Shown here one piece after another: positions 20,609 to 29,862 of a stretch of 64,000 nucleotides of DNA; within the stretch, counting starts at the first letter, position 1, and each line of letters begins with the position of its first letter. The position numbers and the translations under genes are program-made. Location of the stretch: NCBI GenBank assembly GCA_020048595.1, contig JAIFMH010000086.1, forward strand, positions 17,277 to 81,276, written 5' to 3'. Below the pieces are notes generated by a model that saw nothing but the letters and a program-made list of their open reading frames with translations, ran no database searches and was not told the origin of the DNA. This DNA comes from Bacteroidota bacterium (GTDB taxonomy: Bacteria; Bacteroidota; Bacteroidia; Bacteroidales; UBA4417).

Positions 20609-22078
20609 TTATTTATTGCGCAGGATTTCATTCAATCTCAGTTTCATCTCTTTCACCTTTTCAGGATATTTCCCGTATAGATTATTTTGCTCTGAAAGGT
20701 CATCTTTCAAATTGTACAGTTCACCTGGAATTTTATCGCTTATGATGTATTTTTTATCCGGTGCATATCTTGCCGCAATTCCTCCCTGACCGGAGCCATC
20801 AATGTATTTCCAATCGCCAATTCTGTAGGAGTTTTTCTCGATTACCAACTCGTTTCGTACAGGTTTTTCAGATTCGGGATTTTTAAGGATGGACAAAAAA
20901 CTGTGGCTATCGAAATCGGCGCTGTTGAAAGTTTTATCACCAACTAAATCCGCCAGAGTTGCCATCATATCTGTAAAACAAATTAGTTGATTGCTTTGAG
21001 CACCTTTTTTAAATCTGGTGGGCGCACTTACAATAAATGGAATTCGTGAACCGCCTTCCCACATGTCGCCCTTCATTCCCCGAAGTACTCCCATACTGGC
21101 ATGATCAAACTTCTCTATATCTTCATGAAACCAAACCGGACCATTATCGCTGCCAAAAAAGACGATGGTATTTTCAAGTAAATTATTTTCCTGCAAATAA
21201 GTCATTAGTTGCCCCACCAGATTATCAACCTGCATGGTGAAATCGCCATATTCACCGGCTCCGCTTTTGCCGACAAATTCATCTTTTGGTAACCAGGGGG
21301 TATGTGGGGCGGTTAATGGCAGATACAGAAAAAACGGATCTTTTTGATGCTGCTTTTGATGGTTATTTAGAAAAACCCTGGCTTTCCCCAGGAATTTATC
21401 CAACACCTCCTCATGTTTGAAATCAGGTGAAATTGCCCCTGCCCGAAAAAATGCTCCGGACACTTCGGAGGTCGCATTTGGGCTGGAATGGTCGTTTACC
21501 GATTTTGCTGGCGACTGAACCGCACGATTGTTTTCAATATAAAAATAGGGCGGAATATCCAGCGATGCATGCATTCCGAAGAAATAATCAAAGCCCTTTT
21601 CAATTGGCCCTCCTTTCATTTCGGAAATAGAAGCAGGATTTTTCCAATCCACATCATCGAAACCCAAATGCCATTTTCCAATGCAGGCTGTGTGGTATCC
21701 ATTCCGTTTCAGCAATGTTGCTATGGTTTCCTGATCTGGCTTTATTAAACTGTGTTGTTGTACATTCAGATCAGGCAATAGCCCCGGATAACATCCGGTA
21801 ATTAACCCGTATCGGGACGGAACACACCATGCACCCGGAGAATGGGCATTGGTAAACCGGACGCCCTTTTCAGCTAATTTATCGATGTTGGGAGTTGGGA
21901 TTTTCGACTTGCTGTTGTAGCATGTTAAATCACCAAATCCCATATCATCAGCAAGTATAAAAACAATATTGGGTTGATCCTTTGGTTTTATATCCGATGC
22001 ACTGGTTTCATTCGGAACAGGTAATCCGGTATCAAAAACAAATGCAAGGAAAAGCAGAGACTTTAATTTAGCTTTCAT
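20609..22078 (-). CDS. Formylglycine-dependent sulfatase
   Basis: 489 aa. Motifs: PNIVFILADDMGFGDL, GAWCVPSRYGLITGCYP, GSDNGP. Confidence 0.9.
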   Translation of the reverse strand: MKAKLKSLLFLAFVFDTGLPVPNETSASDIKPKDQPNIVFILADDMGFGDLTCYNSKSKIPTPNIDKLAEKGVRFTNAHSPGAWCVPSRYGLITGCYPGLLPDLNVQQHSLIKPDQETIATLLKRNGYHTACIGKWHLGFDDVDWKNPASISEMKGGPIEKGFDYFFGMHASLDIPPYFYIENNRAVQSPAKSVNDHSSPNATSEVSGAFFRAGAISPDFKHEEVLDKFLGKARVFLNNHQKQHQKDPFFLYLPLTAPHTPWLPKDEFVGKSGAGEYGDFTMQVDNLVGQLMTYLQENNLLENTIVFFGSDNGPVWFHEDIEKFDHASMGVLRGMKGDMWEGGSRIPFIVSAPTRFKKGAQSNQLICFTDMMATLADLVGDKTFNSADFDSHSFLSILKNPESEKPVRNELVIEKNSYRIGDWKYIDGSGQGGIAARYAPDKKYIISDKIPGELYNLKDDLSEQNNLYGKYPEKVKEMKLRLNEILRNK

Positions 22079-22142
22079 TAAACCAGATATTAATTCTTAA
22101 GAGAAATGATGAACATATATTTACTTTTCACATGGGATTAAA

Positions 22143-23480
22143 TTAAGGCCGGATAATAGTTCCGTCATTTTTTCGTACCTGAGTCCAGTTATTCAGTTGA
22201 ACATTGGGCAGCGGATATTTGGCAGCCAGTTTTTCATCCATATCAACACCCAATCCCGGCGCTTCGTTGACGTACATATACCCATTTTTTATAGTTGGCG
22301 TTCCCGGAAAAATTTCGCGCAGCTTTTCAGAAAAATTATGAGGTTCCTGAATTCCAAAATTCCAAACAGCCAGGTCGATATGTGCATTTGCAGCATGGCC
22401 AACCGGTGAAACATCTCCAGGTCCGTGCCAGGCGGTTCTGACATTAAAAGCCTCGCCAAAACGTGCAACTTTCATCGCCGGGGTTATGCCGCCAATCTGA
22501 GAAATATGTATGCGAATAAAATCAAACCACTGATCTTTCATCGGATCGACCCATTCATGAGGACTGTTAAATAACTCTCCCATAGCTATTGGCACAGAGG
22601 TATTCTCCCTCAATAATTTGAAATACCGGTTGTTTTCAGGTGAAAAAGGATCTTCAATAAAAAAAGGCCGATATTCTTCCAAAGATTTGATCAGATTAAT
22701 CGCTTCCATGGGTTGAAGTCGCTCATGTATATCATGCAATAGTTCAACCTTTTCACCACATTGTTTTCTTACTTTATCAAAAATCTCTCTGGTGCTTTTT
22801 GTATAGACATAAGGATCCATAAAACTATCGCGAGGCATACCGAATCCGGCATTCTTATAATCAGGATTATCTACCAGACCCGTAGTTCCATAACCTCCTA
22901 TCTGAATCCGAACGTGTCGGTACCCTTGTTCCATATAGCCTGCAACATCTTCAGCAACTTTTTCAGGTGAATTTCCACTCGCATGGGCATAGCAATCAAC
23001 TGCAAAACGGCATTTTCCTCCCAACAGCTGATAAACAGGCATGTTGGCCCGTTTTCCTTTGATGTCCCAAAGAGCCTGATCCAGGCCACTTAGCGCATTG
23101 TTTAAAACCGGACCGTTCCGCCAATACGAACTCTGATAGGTCGATTGCCAAAGGTCTTCGATAGTATCAACATCCTTCCCTACACAAAAGTCATTCAGAT
23201 ATTTGTCGATGGCGGCAACCACCACATGAGCCCTTTGCCTGAAGGTTGCACAGCCAATGCCATATAAACCAGGTTCACTGGTTTCAACTTTTACAATTAC
23301 CAACTCTATACCTTCAGGACAGGTTGAAATTGCTTTAACCTTTGTGATCTTTACCGGGGGAAGTCCTTTAAAAACTTTCTTATCATCTGCTGCAGCTGAA
23401 AAAGGATTCATCAATCCGGCTCCAATAGTAGCCAAACCAAGACTTTTCAGCGCTGTTCTGCGGTTTAGATTTGTATTCAT
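22143..23480 (-). CDS. Enolase-superfamily protein, D-mannonate dehydratase (ManD/RspA)-like, with Tat signal
   Basis: 445 aa. The N-terminus MNTNLNRRTALKSLGLATIGAGLMNPFSAAA has a twin-arginine motif, hydrophobic region and AxA site. The body resembles the ManD subgroup (..LWDIKGKRANMPVYQLLGG.., ..HDIHERL.., ..EDP..). Confidence 0.7.
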   Translation of the reverse strand: MNTNLNRRTALKSLGLATIGAGLMNPFSAAADDKKVFKGLPPVKITKVKAISTCPEGIELVIVKVETSEPGLYGIGCATFRQRAHVVVAAIDKYLNDFCVGKDVDTIEDLWQSTYQSSYWRNGPVLNNALSGLDQALWDIKGKRANMPVYQLLGGKCRFAVDCYAHASGNSPEKVAEDVAGYMEQGYRHVRIQIGGYGTTGLVDNPDYKNAGFGMPRDSFMDPYVYTKSTREIFDKVRKQCGEKVELLHDIHERLQPMEAINLIKSLEEYRPFFIEDPFSPENNRYFKLLRENTSVPIAMGELFNSPHEWVDPMKDQWFDFIRIHISQIGGITPAMKVARFGEAFNVRTAWHGPGDVSPVGHAANAHIDLAVWNFGIQEPHNFSEKLREIFPGTPTIKNGYMYVNEAPGLGVDMDEKLAAKYPLPNVQLNNWTQVRKNDGTIIRP

Positions 23481-23512
23481 AATTCTGAGAATTTTTAATT
23501 ATTAAATCTGAA

Positions 23513-24535
23513 TCAATTTAACACCCTTTTATAATTCTCCACGATCAAACCCGCATAAGGAGCAGCATATCCTTCCAATTTTTTCATATCAGCTTCTGAA
23601 AGTTTTTTCATGTTTCTCAGCACTTTTACATTTTCCTCCAATTCATGTGTAAACCTGCAGCCACTTACTAAAGATGAAACCGGAAGTGAATAAACATACT
23701 GATGAAGATTCGCGTATGTCAGTTCGGTAAGGCTAACAACATCCGGAATATCCTTAGTTTCGATATTTTTCGGTGTTGTATCTATCCTTCCTCCCATCAT
23801 GCTACCGCCAGCCATGGTCTTCATGGCCAGAATGCCATATTTTTTTTCGAGCAACACAGGAAGAACATGATGTTGGAAGGATTCAAACGACGGATCGCAA
23901 ACATTTAAGGGCATTTGGCAGGTATCCAGTTCAATGCCCAATTCATCGAGCTTTTTCAGAAAATGCAGATGAGTTTTAGGATTTTGGTGGCCGGTAAAAC
24001 CAATATAGCGTGCCTTACCTTTTTGTTTAGCTTCGAGAAAAGCTTCCAAAACACCTGCTTTTAACCTGTTATCAACATCTTCCGGAGTATTTAAGGCATG
24101 AATCTGCCACAAATCGATGTAATCTGTTTTTAATGCTTTTAACGATTCATCCAACATTTGTCGTACTTCCGCACCTGTTTTGCCTGGCGCCTTTGTCATC
24201 AGGAAAATCTGGTCACGGTATTTAGGTGTTAGAAATTTACCCATGTACTCTTCGGCACGACCATTGACATATTTTCGGGCATTGTCGAAAAACCGGACTC
24301 CCAACTCCATAGATCGTTCAACCATTCTCTCAGCATCAGCCGGATTATCGATGAACCCTAAATGGTAGCCACCAAGGCAAAAAGCAGTTACTTTCTGACC
24401 ATCCCGGGTCAACTGACGTTGAGGTAAAATTTCGCCCCACTTGTCGTTCACAGGAATTGCCGAAGCCCAGTCAGCAATCAAACTTAAGGCCGCAACAGTC
24501 CCAACTTTTTTGATGAATTTTCTTCTGTTTTCCAT
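23513..24535 (-). CDS. Aldo/keto reductase with Tat signal
   Basis: 340 aa. The N-terminus is MENRRKFIKKVGTVAALSLIADWASA (Tat-like). AKR motifs: ..GVRFFDNARKYVNGRAEEYMGKFL.., ..DYIDLWQIHA.., ..RYIGFTGH... Confidence 0.75.
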   Translation of the reverse strand: MENRRKFIKKVGTVAALSLIADWASAIPVNDKWGEILPQRQLTRDGQKVTAFCLGGYHLGFIDNPADAERMVERSMELGVRFFDNARKYVNGRAEEYMGKFLTPKYRDQIFLMTKAPGKTGAEVRQMLDESLKALKTDYIDLWQIHALNTPEDVDNRLKAGVLEAFLEAKQKGKARYIGFTGHQNPKTHLHFLKKLDELGIELDTCQMPLNVCDPSFESFQHHVLPVLLEKKYGILAMKTMAGGSMMGGRIDTTPKNIETKDIPDVVSLTELTYANLHQYVYSLPVSSLVSGCRFTHELEENVKVLRNMKKLSEADMKKLEGYAAPYAGLIVENYKRVLN

Positions 24536-24700
24536 AATTGTATTTTTAAAATTGTATTTATTTCAATATGATCATCGAATGTCATTTTTATGAACTGATC
24601 ATCAGTTGGTTCCCACGATATTTTATAGTCAGACTATAGTTGAATATTGTGTTCCTTTGCCCCTTCAGCCATCATCACAACTGATTTAATTATAGAACTC

Positions 24701-26323
24701 CTACTTTTTCTTCATACTCATTTCTTCCTTTCCGGTTGCAGGAGTATTTTTCACAAATTCATTATAGTACCCCCGGAGTTTTGCAACGTCTTTTTGATAC
24801 ATGGAATCTTTAATTCGATTATTAATTTCAAGGAGATCATTTGTCCGGTCAAAAAACATATCTCCAAAATCGCGGAAGTCCCAATTTTTATGAAGTGCAG
24901 TTGGATCGAGCATAATGCCCAGTTTCTGATCTTTGGTAATTACGGTAGCCTGCGACCAGCTTTCAGAAACAAAATATTTCCTTTTCATGGGCATTCCTGA
25001 AAGAAGGGTCTTTGCCATGGATTCGCCCTGTAAGGGATGTTCCAACTTTGGCATTTTTAAGCCCAGGAGTTCGACCAGGGTCGGATAAATATCCACAAGG
25101 CTTACCAATTCACCGGTATGTTTCCCGTTTTTTTTATTCCCCGGATATCGGATGATCAATGGCATATTTAGAATGTCCTCGTAAACATTTTGTCCGGCTG
25201 CGGTTTTTTCAACCATCCCGTGGTTTCCTACAAAATCGCCGTGGTCGGAAGTGTAAATAACAATGGTCTCATCTTCCAATCCGGCTTCATCGAGCGCTTT
25301 TAGAATTTCGCCAACATGATGATCCAATTCAGTAACCAACGCATAGTAAGCTCCAATATGATTGCGCCATAGTTGTTCGTCAGCGTATGCCTTGTTGACA
25401 TTCCACACTTTATTACCGCCATCCCGGATCGATTGCATCATCGGAGGAATATTCTCCTTTGGTTCGTACAGACTGGCAGGTTTCCTGATTGAACCGCCAT
25501 TTATCCGACCATTTCCCCAGTCAGACACATCGTACAGTTCCATGTATTTTTTCAGAGGTGTATAGGGTTGATGGGGACGATAAAATGTAGCCCAGCAAAA
25601 GAATGGCTGATCACTTTTTGCCTGGTCTTTAATCATCTGAACGGTTAGCTGGCTTGTAAAGGCCTCCATTGTCATGTTTTCCGGCAGCGCTGAAATCCGG
25701 GTTCCCAGGTCAGCAATCGGCAGTTTTTCGTTTGCATAAGATGAGCAAACTGAACCTTTACCAAATTCGGCTGACCAGTCTCTGGCAAATTCTTTTCCAT
25801 AACCCATTTTCTCAACCCATTCCGTATAGCTGTTTCGGGGAGTTTCATTGCACAAATGACTTCGCTGAACATCCCATCCGGCATCGACTGCCTGCGAGGT
25901 ATGTCTTTTACCAAAAGCATAGGTATTGTAACTGTTTTGCTTAAAAACAGTGGCCAGTGAAACTACCTCATTCATAACTTGCGTTTGTTCACCATTTGAA
26001 AGTAATCCGAGGGTACGGGAGTACAAACCTGACATCATGGATGATCTGGAAGGAGCACAAATACCGGTGGTGCAATAGGCCCTGTCAAACACAACTGATT
26101 CTTTTGCCAGTTTATCCAGATTAGGAGTAAGTACATCAGGGTGTCCCTCGAATCCCATCACCTTTTTGTTGTGCTGATCTGAAAACAGGATAAGCACGTT
26201 GGGCTTCTTTTGATTACTTTTTGACTCCTTATTCAACGAAAAACCAAATCCAATAATGGGATAAAGAATCGGTACTAATATGAAAGCGTTTCTTCCGAAA
26301 TTTAATTTAAACATTTTTTTCAA
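24701..26323 (-). CDS. Formylglycine-dependent sulfatase (DQ-type paralog group)
   Basis: 540 aa. Motifs: PNVLILFSDQHN, TTGICAPSRSSMMSGLY, TSDHGDFVGNHGM. Confidence 0.9.
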   Translation of the reverse strand: MKKMFKLNFGRNAFILVPILYPIIGFGFSLNKESKSNQKKPNVLILFSDQHNKKVMGFEGHPDVLTPNLDKLAKESVVFDRAYCTTGICAPSRSSMMSGLYSRTLGLLSNGEQTQVMNEVVSLATVFKQNSYNTYAFGKRHTSQAVDAGWDVQRSHLCNETPRNSYTEWVEKMGYGKEFARDWSAEFGKGSVCSSYANEKLPIADLGTRISALPENMTMEAFTSQLTVQMIKDQAKSDQPFFCWATFYRPHQPYTPLKKYMELYDVSDWGNGRINGGSIRKPASLYEPKENIPPMMQSIRDGGNKVWNVNKAYADEQLWRNHIGAYYALVTELDHHVGEILKALDEAGLEDETIVIYTSDHGDFVGNHGMVEKTAAGQNVYEDILNMPLIIRYPGNKKNGKHTGELVSLVDIYPTLVELLGLKMPKLEHPLQGESMAKTLLSGMPMKRKYFVSESWSQATVITKDQKLGIMLDPTALHKNWDFRDFGDMFFDRTNDLLEINNRIKDSMYQKDVAKLRGYYNEFVKNTPATGKEEMSMKKK

Positions 26324-26332
26324 TTGTTGGAA

Positions 26333-27565
26333 TCAGTTAAATGTTTTGTTGTATAAATTCTCATCCTTGTCGAAACAGCCTGACATATATACAATTGCCT
26401 TTGTATTTTCGATGGTTACAGGGGAACCGGAAATATAGTTTCTCATGCGGCTGCCCCACACCGAAACGGTTAATTTTTTGTCTCCCTGAACCAGTATAAA
26501 ATCCTGCGATTGGTTTTCAGGAACAGTTGTCAGTGCGCCGTTTCCGCCTGAAAATGCTTCAACATTGCTTAGCGAAGTATGTCCCTGTCCTTCGATGATG
26601 ATGGGGTGAATATTTTCCACTTTCTCGCCGGTATTGGCTATGATTGAACCTTGCGCGATTTGCCAGTTGCGGTTTTTTGTATTACTCCCTCGTTTTAAAA
26701 TGCCAACTGCAACACAGTCGAAGTTAAAATTGGTTAATTGCCCGTAAGATTCGCTATCGAGTAAAATTCCACCATACGTTCCGAAGGTAAAAAGGTCGAT
26801 AATCTGGGCATTATCAGTATGGTTTATGGTGTAGGCATATGTTTTTTTAGCAATGACAGCATCCACAACTGCACGACTGTACTGACCTCCAATGTATCGC
26901 TGTCCGGCAGGGTTGACATGGCAATGCAAAATGCGGGGAACATCGTAGACATAATCCATCCGGATAAATTCACCGCTAAGCGGATAGCCATAGCAATGTT
27001 CGAAAGTCATTAATTCGCAGGCATTTTCGCGACTGGCATTAAAATCGAAAGCTAAATATTCGCCATAAAAAGTGAGGCAGGAAAGAAACACGCCCTGTGC
27101 CCTGCTGGTTTGTGAAACCTGAATGGTTGCCTTGTATGGGATAATTGCAGCCGGGTCTTTGATGGTTTGCTCAGGATACCAAAACTGAATGCCTTTAATT
27201 TGAGTCCCGGTTTCAACAGTTATAAAAGCATTTTCTCTATCCGTAATGGCGAACACACTGCCAACAGGTTGTTTTTTTGTCGCGTGGGTAGTTCCACGGG
27301 GAGTTGGACCGTGTACGCCGATCAGGGAAACATTTTTTTTCAGGATAATTCCGCCATTAATGGGATAGGGTTCTTCGGAGGGTTCAACAAATAATGCAGC
27401 GCCTCTTACTGTGGCCCAATCAATGGCTTTTTGCAGGTTTATTTTATTTAAAGCAGCGCTGTTCCCGGGCTTTACATCAAATTTTTGGATGCTTGTTAAT
27501 TCTGAAGCTCTTAACTGGTTTATGCCAATAACTAACATCAGCAATAGGATTAAGTTCGTTTTCAT
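26333..27565 (-). CDS. Exported right-handed beta-helix protein (Pectate_lyase_3-like); candidate glycanase or lyase
   Basis: 410 aa with a signal peptide. The N-terminal region, ..FDVKPGNSAALNKINLQKAIDWATVRGAALFVEPSEEPYPINGGIILKKNVSLIG.., resembles the start of pectate-lyase-superfamily/GH28/GH55-like beta-helix proteins. The assignment is by eye only. Confidence 0.45.
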   Translation of the reverse strand: MKTNLILLLMLVIGINQLRASELTSIQKFDVKPGNSAALNKINLQKAIDWATVRGAALFVEPSEEPYPINGGIILKKNVSLIGVHGPTPRGTTHATKKQPVGSVFAITDRENAFITVETGTQIKGIQFWYPEQTIKDPAAIIPYKATIQVSQTSRAQGVFLSCLTFYGEYLAFDFNASRENACELMTFEHCYGYPLSGEFIRMDYVYDVPRILHCHVNPAGQRYIGGQYSRAVVDAVIAKKTYAYTINHTDNAQIIDLFTFGTYGGILLDSESYGQLTNFNFDCVAVGILKRGSNTKNRNWQIAQGSIIANTGEKVENIHPIIIEGQGHTSLSNVEAFSGGNGALTTVPENQSQDFILVQGDKKLTVSVWGSRMRNYISGSPVTIENTKAIVYMSGCFDKDENLYNKTFN

Positions 27566-27601
27566 TGGTTTTATCTGTTTAATTTAAAATAATTTCTGGT
27601 A

Positions 27602-28690
27602 TTACGGTTTTAACAACTTCGTCAAATCAATACGGTCGTAAGGCTTTTTTCCGAAGGCTGCGTAATACTCCAGCTTTACAGTTCCTTTTTTACCATCGGT
27701 TTTAATTATTGCATATCCCGGCAGGTCGGTTTGTTTGAAGAAAGTTACCTGTTTTGCTTCTTCAGATATGATGGCTTTCCTGTCTTCAAGGGTTTCCGGT
27801 TGCCAATCCGGAACATTTTCTGCCAGGGATGGACCGTATTCTGTGATTACTTTTGTTGGTATTTGGTAATTCCTGTCTTTTATGACACTTACCACCATAA
27901 CCTGCACGATTGGCCCGTACTGGGTAGTGCGCCGAACAACCGAGTACTTGTGAAGATGACCGCATAAAACAATCGCTTTATGCCGGGCAATTACTTCCAA
28001 TAGTTTTTCATGTTGTTCCGGATTTTTTCTAAAGGTGTGCCAGCACCGTTCAGTAACCGGAATGACCGGTTCGTGGATCACCACAAATTTGAATTTTGCT
28101 TTTGATGCCGAAAGCTCTTTTTCAAGGAAAGCAGACATATTGGTATTTTTATCCCATGGATCAAGGCAGGTAATTTGCACATCGCCAACGACATAAGAAT
28201 AACTGGCATTTTTTATATCCGGATTATTGGTCTGTTTCCTGAACATGGGCACATAAAATTCCTGAAATGCTTCCACCGATCCGGGTCCGGTAACATCATG
28301 GTTTCCTTTGGCAATAATCCAGGGAGCAGGCACAATGGCCGCTTCAATTGACTTCATCGCATTCGAAGCCATCTGTTTCGCCATTTGCACCGAACCGGCC
28401 AATCCCTCCGATAAATCACCCAATTGAATTACAGCTTTTACCGGTGGATTTTCAGACACAGCTTTGTTTCTGATGATTGTCATAAAATCGCTCCAGTTTT
28501 TCTCTGTATATACGGTATATTCCTTTGTCACCTGCAGCAAATCGTCGGGTTTGGTTCCGAGCCAATTCATATCGTGGTCGTCCAGGAGGTCATAATGCAG
28601 GTCGCCAAGCACAATAAAACTACTTTTTTGTGCAAGTGCATAATACCCAAATAAGAAAGTAAACAATACCAGAATTGAAAATTGCTTCAT
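27602..28690 (-). CDS. Exported calcineurin-like metallophosphoesterase
   Basis: 362 aa with a signal peptide. Metallophosphoesterase motifs occur in order: VLGDLHYD, QLGDLSE, KGNHD, VIHEP, CGHLH. Confidence 0.75.
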   Translation of the reverse strand: MKQFSILVLFTFLFGYYALAQKSSFIVLGDLHYDLLDDHDMNWLGTKPDDLLQVTKEYTVYTEKNWSDFMTIIRNKAVSENPPVKAVIQLGDLSEGLAGSVQMAKQMASNAMKSIEAAIVPAPWIIAKGNHDVTGPGSVEAFQEFYVPMFRKQTNNPDIKNASYSYVVGDVQITCLDPWDKNTNMSAFLEKELSASKAKFKFVVIHEPVIPVTERCWHTFRKNPEQHEKLLEVIARHKAIVLCGHLHKYSVVRRTTQYGPIVQVMVVSVIKDRNYQIPTKVITEYGPSLAENVPDWQPETLEDRKAIISEEAKQVTFFKQTDLPGYAIIKTDGKKGTVKLEYYAAFGKKPYDRIDLTKLLKP

Positions 28691-28707
28691 TTTGAGTGAA
28701 TAGTTGT

Positions 28708-29799
28708 TTATCTTTCTAATTTGACTTGTTTCCCGGTTTTGCTGCTTTTGCGGGCAGCTTCGAGAATTTCGACAACGGTCAGGTTCGTTTCAAGCGCCGA
28801 TAAATCAGTTTTTGAAACAATAACATCTCCTTTTATTGCAGCCGAAAAAAAGGCAAAACCATCCTTAAAGGGGGATTTTGTCCATGGTATTTTCTCAACA
28901 CTTTCAACCGATTTTTCATTTAACCTGAACCGGATTGTTTGAGCATCGTCGCTGAGTACATATCCGGTATTGCCGTAGATGTGCATGTCTTTACGATTGA
29001 AGGGCCAATTCCATGAAGCATTGATGACTCCTTCCATGTTTGGATACGAAAGCACGATGGTCGCATCATCATCAACTTTTGGATAGACACCAGGTTTGTA
29101 TTGTTTAAGTCTGGCATAAACCGATAATGGTTTTTCACCCTTCATGATCCAGGTTATCAGATCAGCTCCATAACAACCAAAATCGGTTACAGCCCCACCT
29201 CCATTTAAAACAGGATCGGTGAGCCATTCTAAAAATTCGCTGTTTACTTTTATTTCTTTTGGCCCTTTGTGCCCATCGTAAACAATTACTTTTCTCAATT
29301 CACCCAATTCACCCTTATTAACCATCTCCTGACTTTTATAATTCGATGGATACCAGGTCGTTTCATAATTGGTAAGTGTAAGTATATGGTGCTTTTTTGC
29401 AAGTTTTGCCATGACATTGGCATGTTTGACGCTCACAGCCAAAGGTTTTTCAACCATAACGTGAATTCCGCGGGGAGCACATGCCTGCACAACTTTCAGG
29501 TGGTCGAAAATGGAAGTGAAAGTGATTACCCCGGCGGGTTTAGTTTTGTCCAGCATTTCATCCAAAGACTGATAAATCAGGTTTTGATCGATTCCAAACT
29601 GTCTGGAGTACCGGCCTGAAAGGACAGTATCACTTTCTGCAATTCCCACAATCTGAATATCATTTCTGCTCAAATTTCTTAGCAAGGGAAGCACATGCGA
29701 ATGCGATAATCCGGCAATTCCAATTCTGACTGGTTGTTGAGCTTCAGAGGCACTAAAAATTATGCTGAAACAGATAATTAAAAACCATGCAACTTTCAT
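28708..29799 (-). CDS. Exported Gfo/Idh/MocA-family NAD(P)-dependent oxidoreductase
   Basis: 363 aa with a Sec-type signal (MKVAWFLIICFSIIFSASEAQQ). A Rossmann N-terminus follows (VRIGIAGLSHSHV..IVGIAESD), then ..VMVEKPLA.. as is typical of the family. Confidence 0.75.
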   Translation of the reverse strand: MKVAWFLIICFSIIFSASEAQQPVRIGIAGLSHSHVLPLLRNLSRNDIQIVGIAESDTVLSGRYSRQFGIDQNLIYQSLDEMLDKTKPAGVITFTSIFDHLKVVQACAPRGIHVMVEKPLAVSVKHANVMAKLAKKHHILTLTNYETTWYPSNYKSQEMVNKGELGELRKVIVYDGHKGPKEIKVNSEFLEWLTDPVLNGGGAVTDFGCYGADLITWIMKGEKPLSVYARLKQYKPGVYPKVDDDATIVLSYPNMEGVINASWNWPFNRKDMHIYGNTGYVLSDDAQTIRFRLNEKSVESVEKIPWTKSPFKDGFAFFSAAIKGDVIVSKTDLSALETNLTVVEILEAARKSSKTGKQVKLER

Positions 29800-29862
29800 A
29801 CTGTAATAATTTGATTTTTAATGGTAGAATAGAACTCCATGCTGCAATTTAATATTATACTC

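Noticed and set aside
24567-24607. The palindrome AACTGATCATCAGTT (24593-24607) and the nearby ATGATCAT (24567-24574), in the 165-bp gap upstream of the aldo/keto reductase gene; possible operator.
   Set aside because: This is a single occurrence with no second copy of the motif found by eye elsewhere in the window, and no obvious cognate regulator. It is too weak to report as a site.
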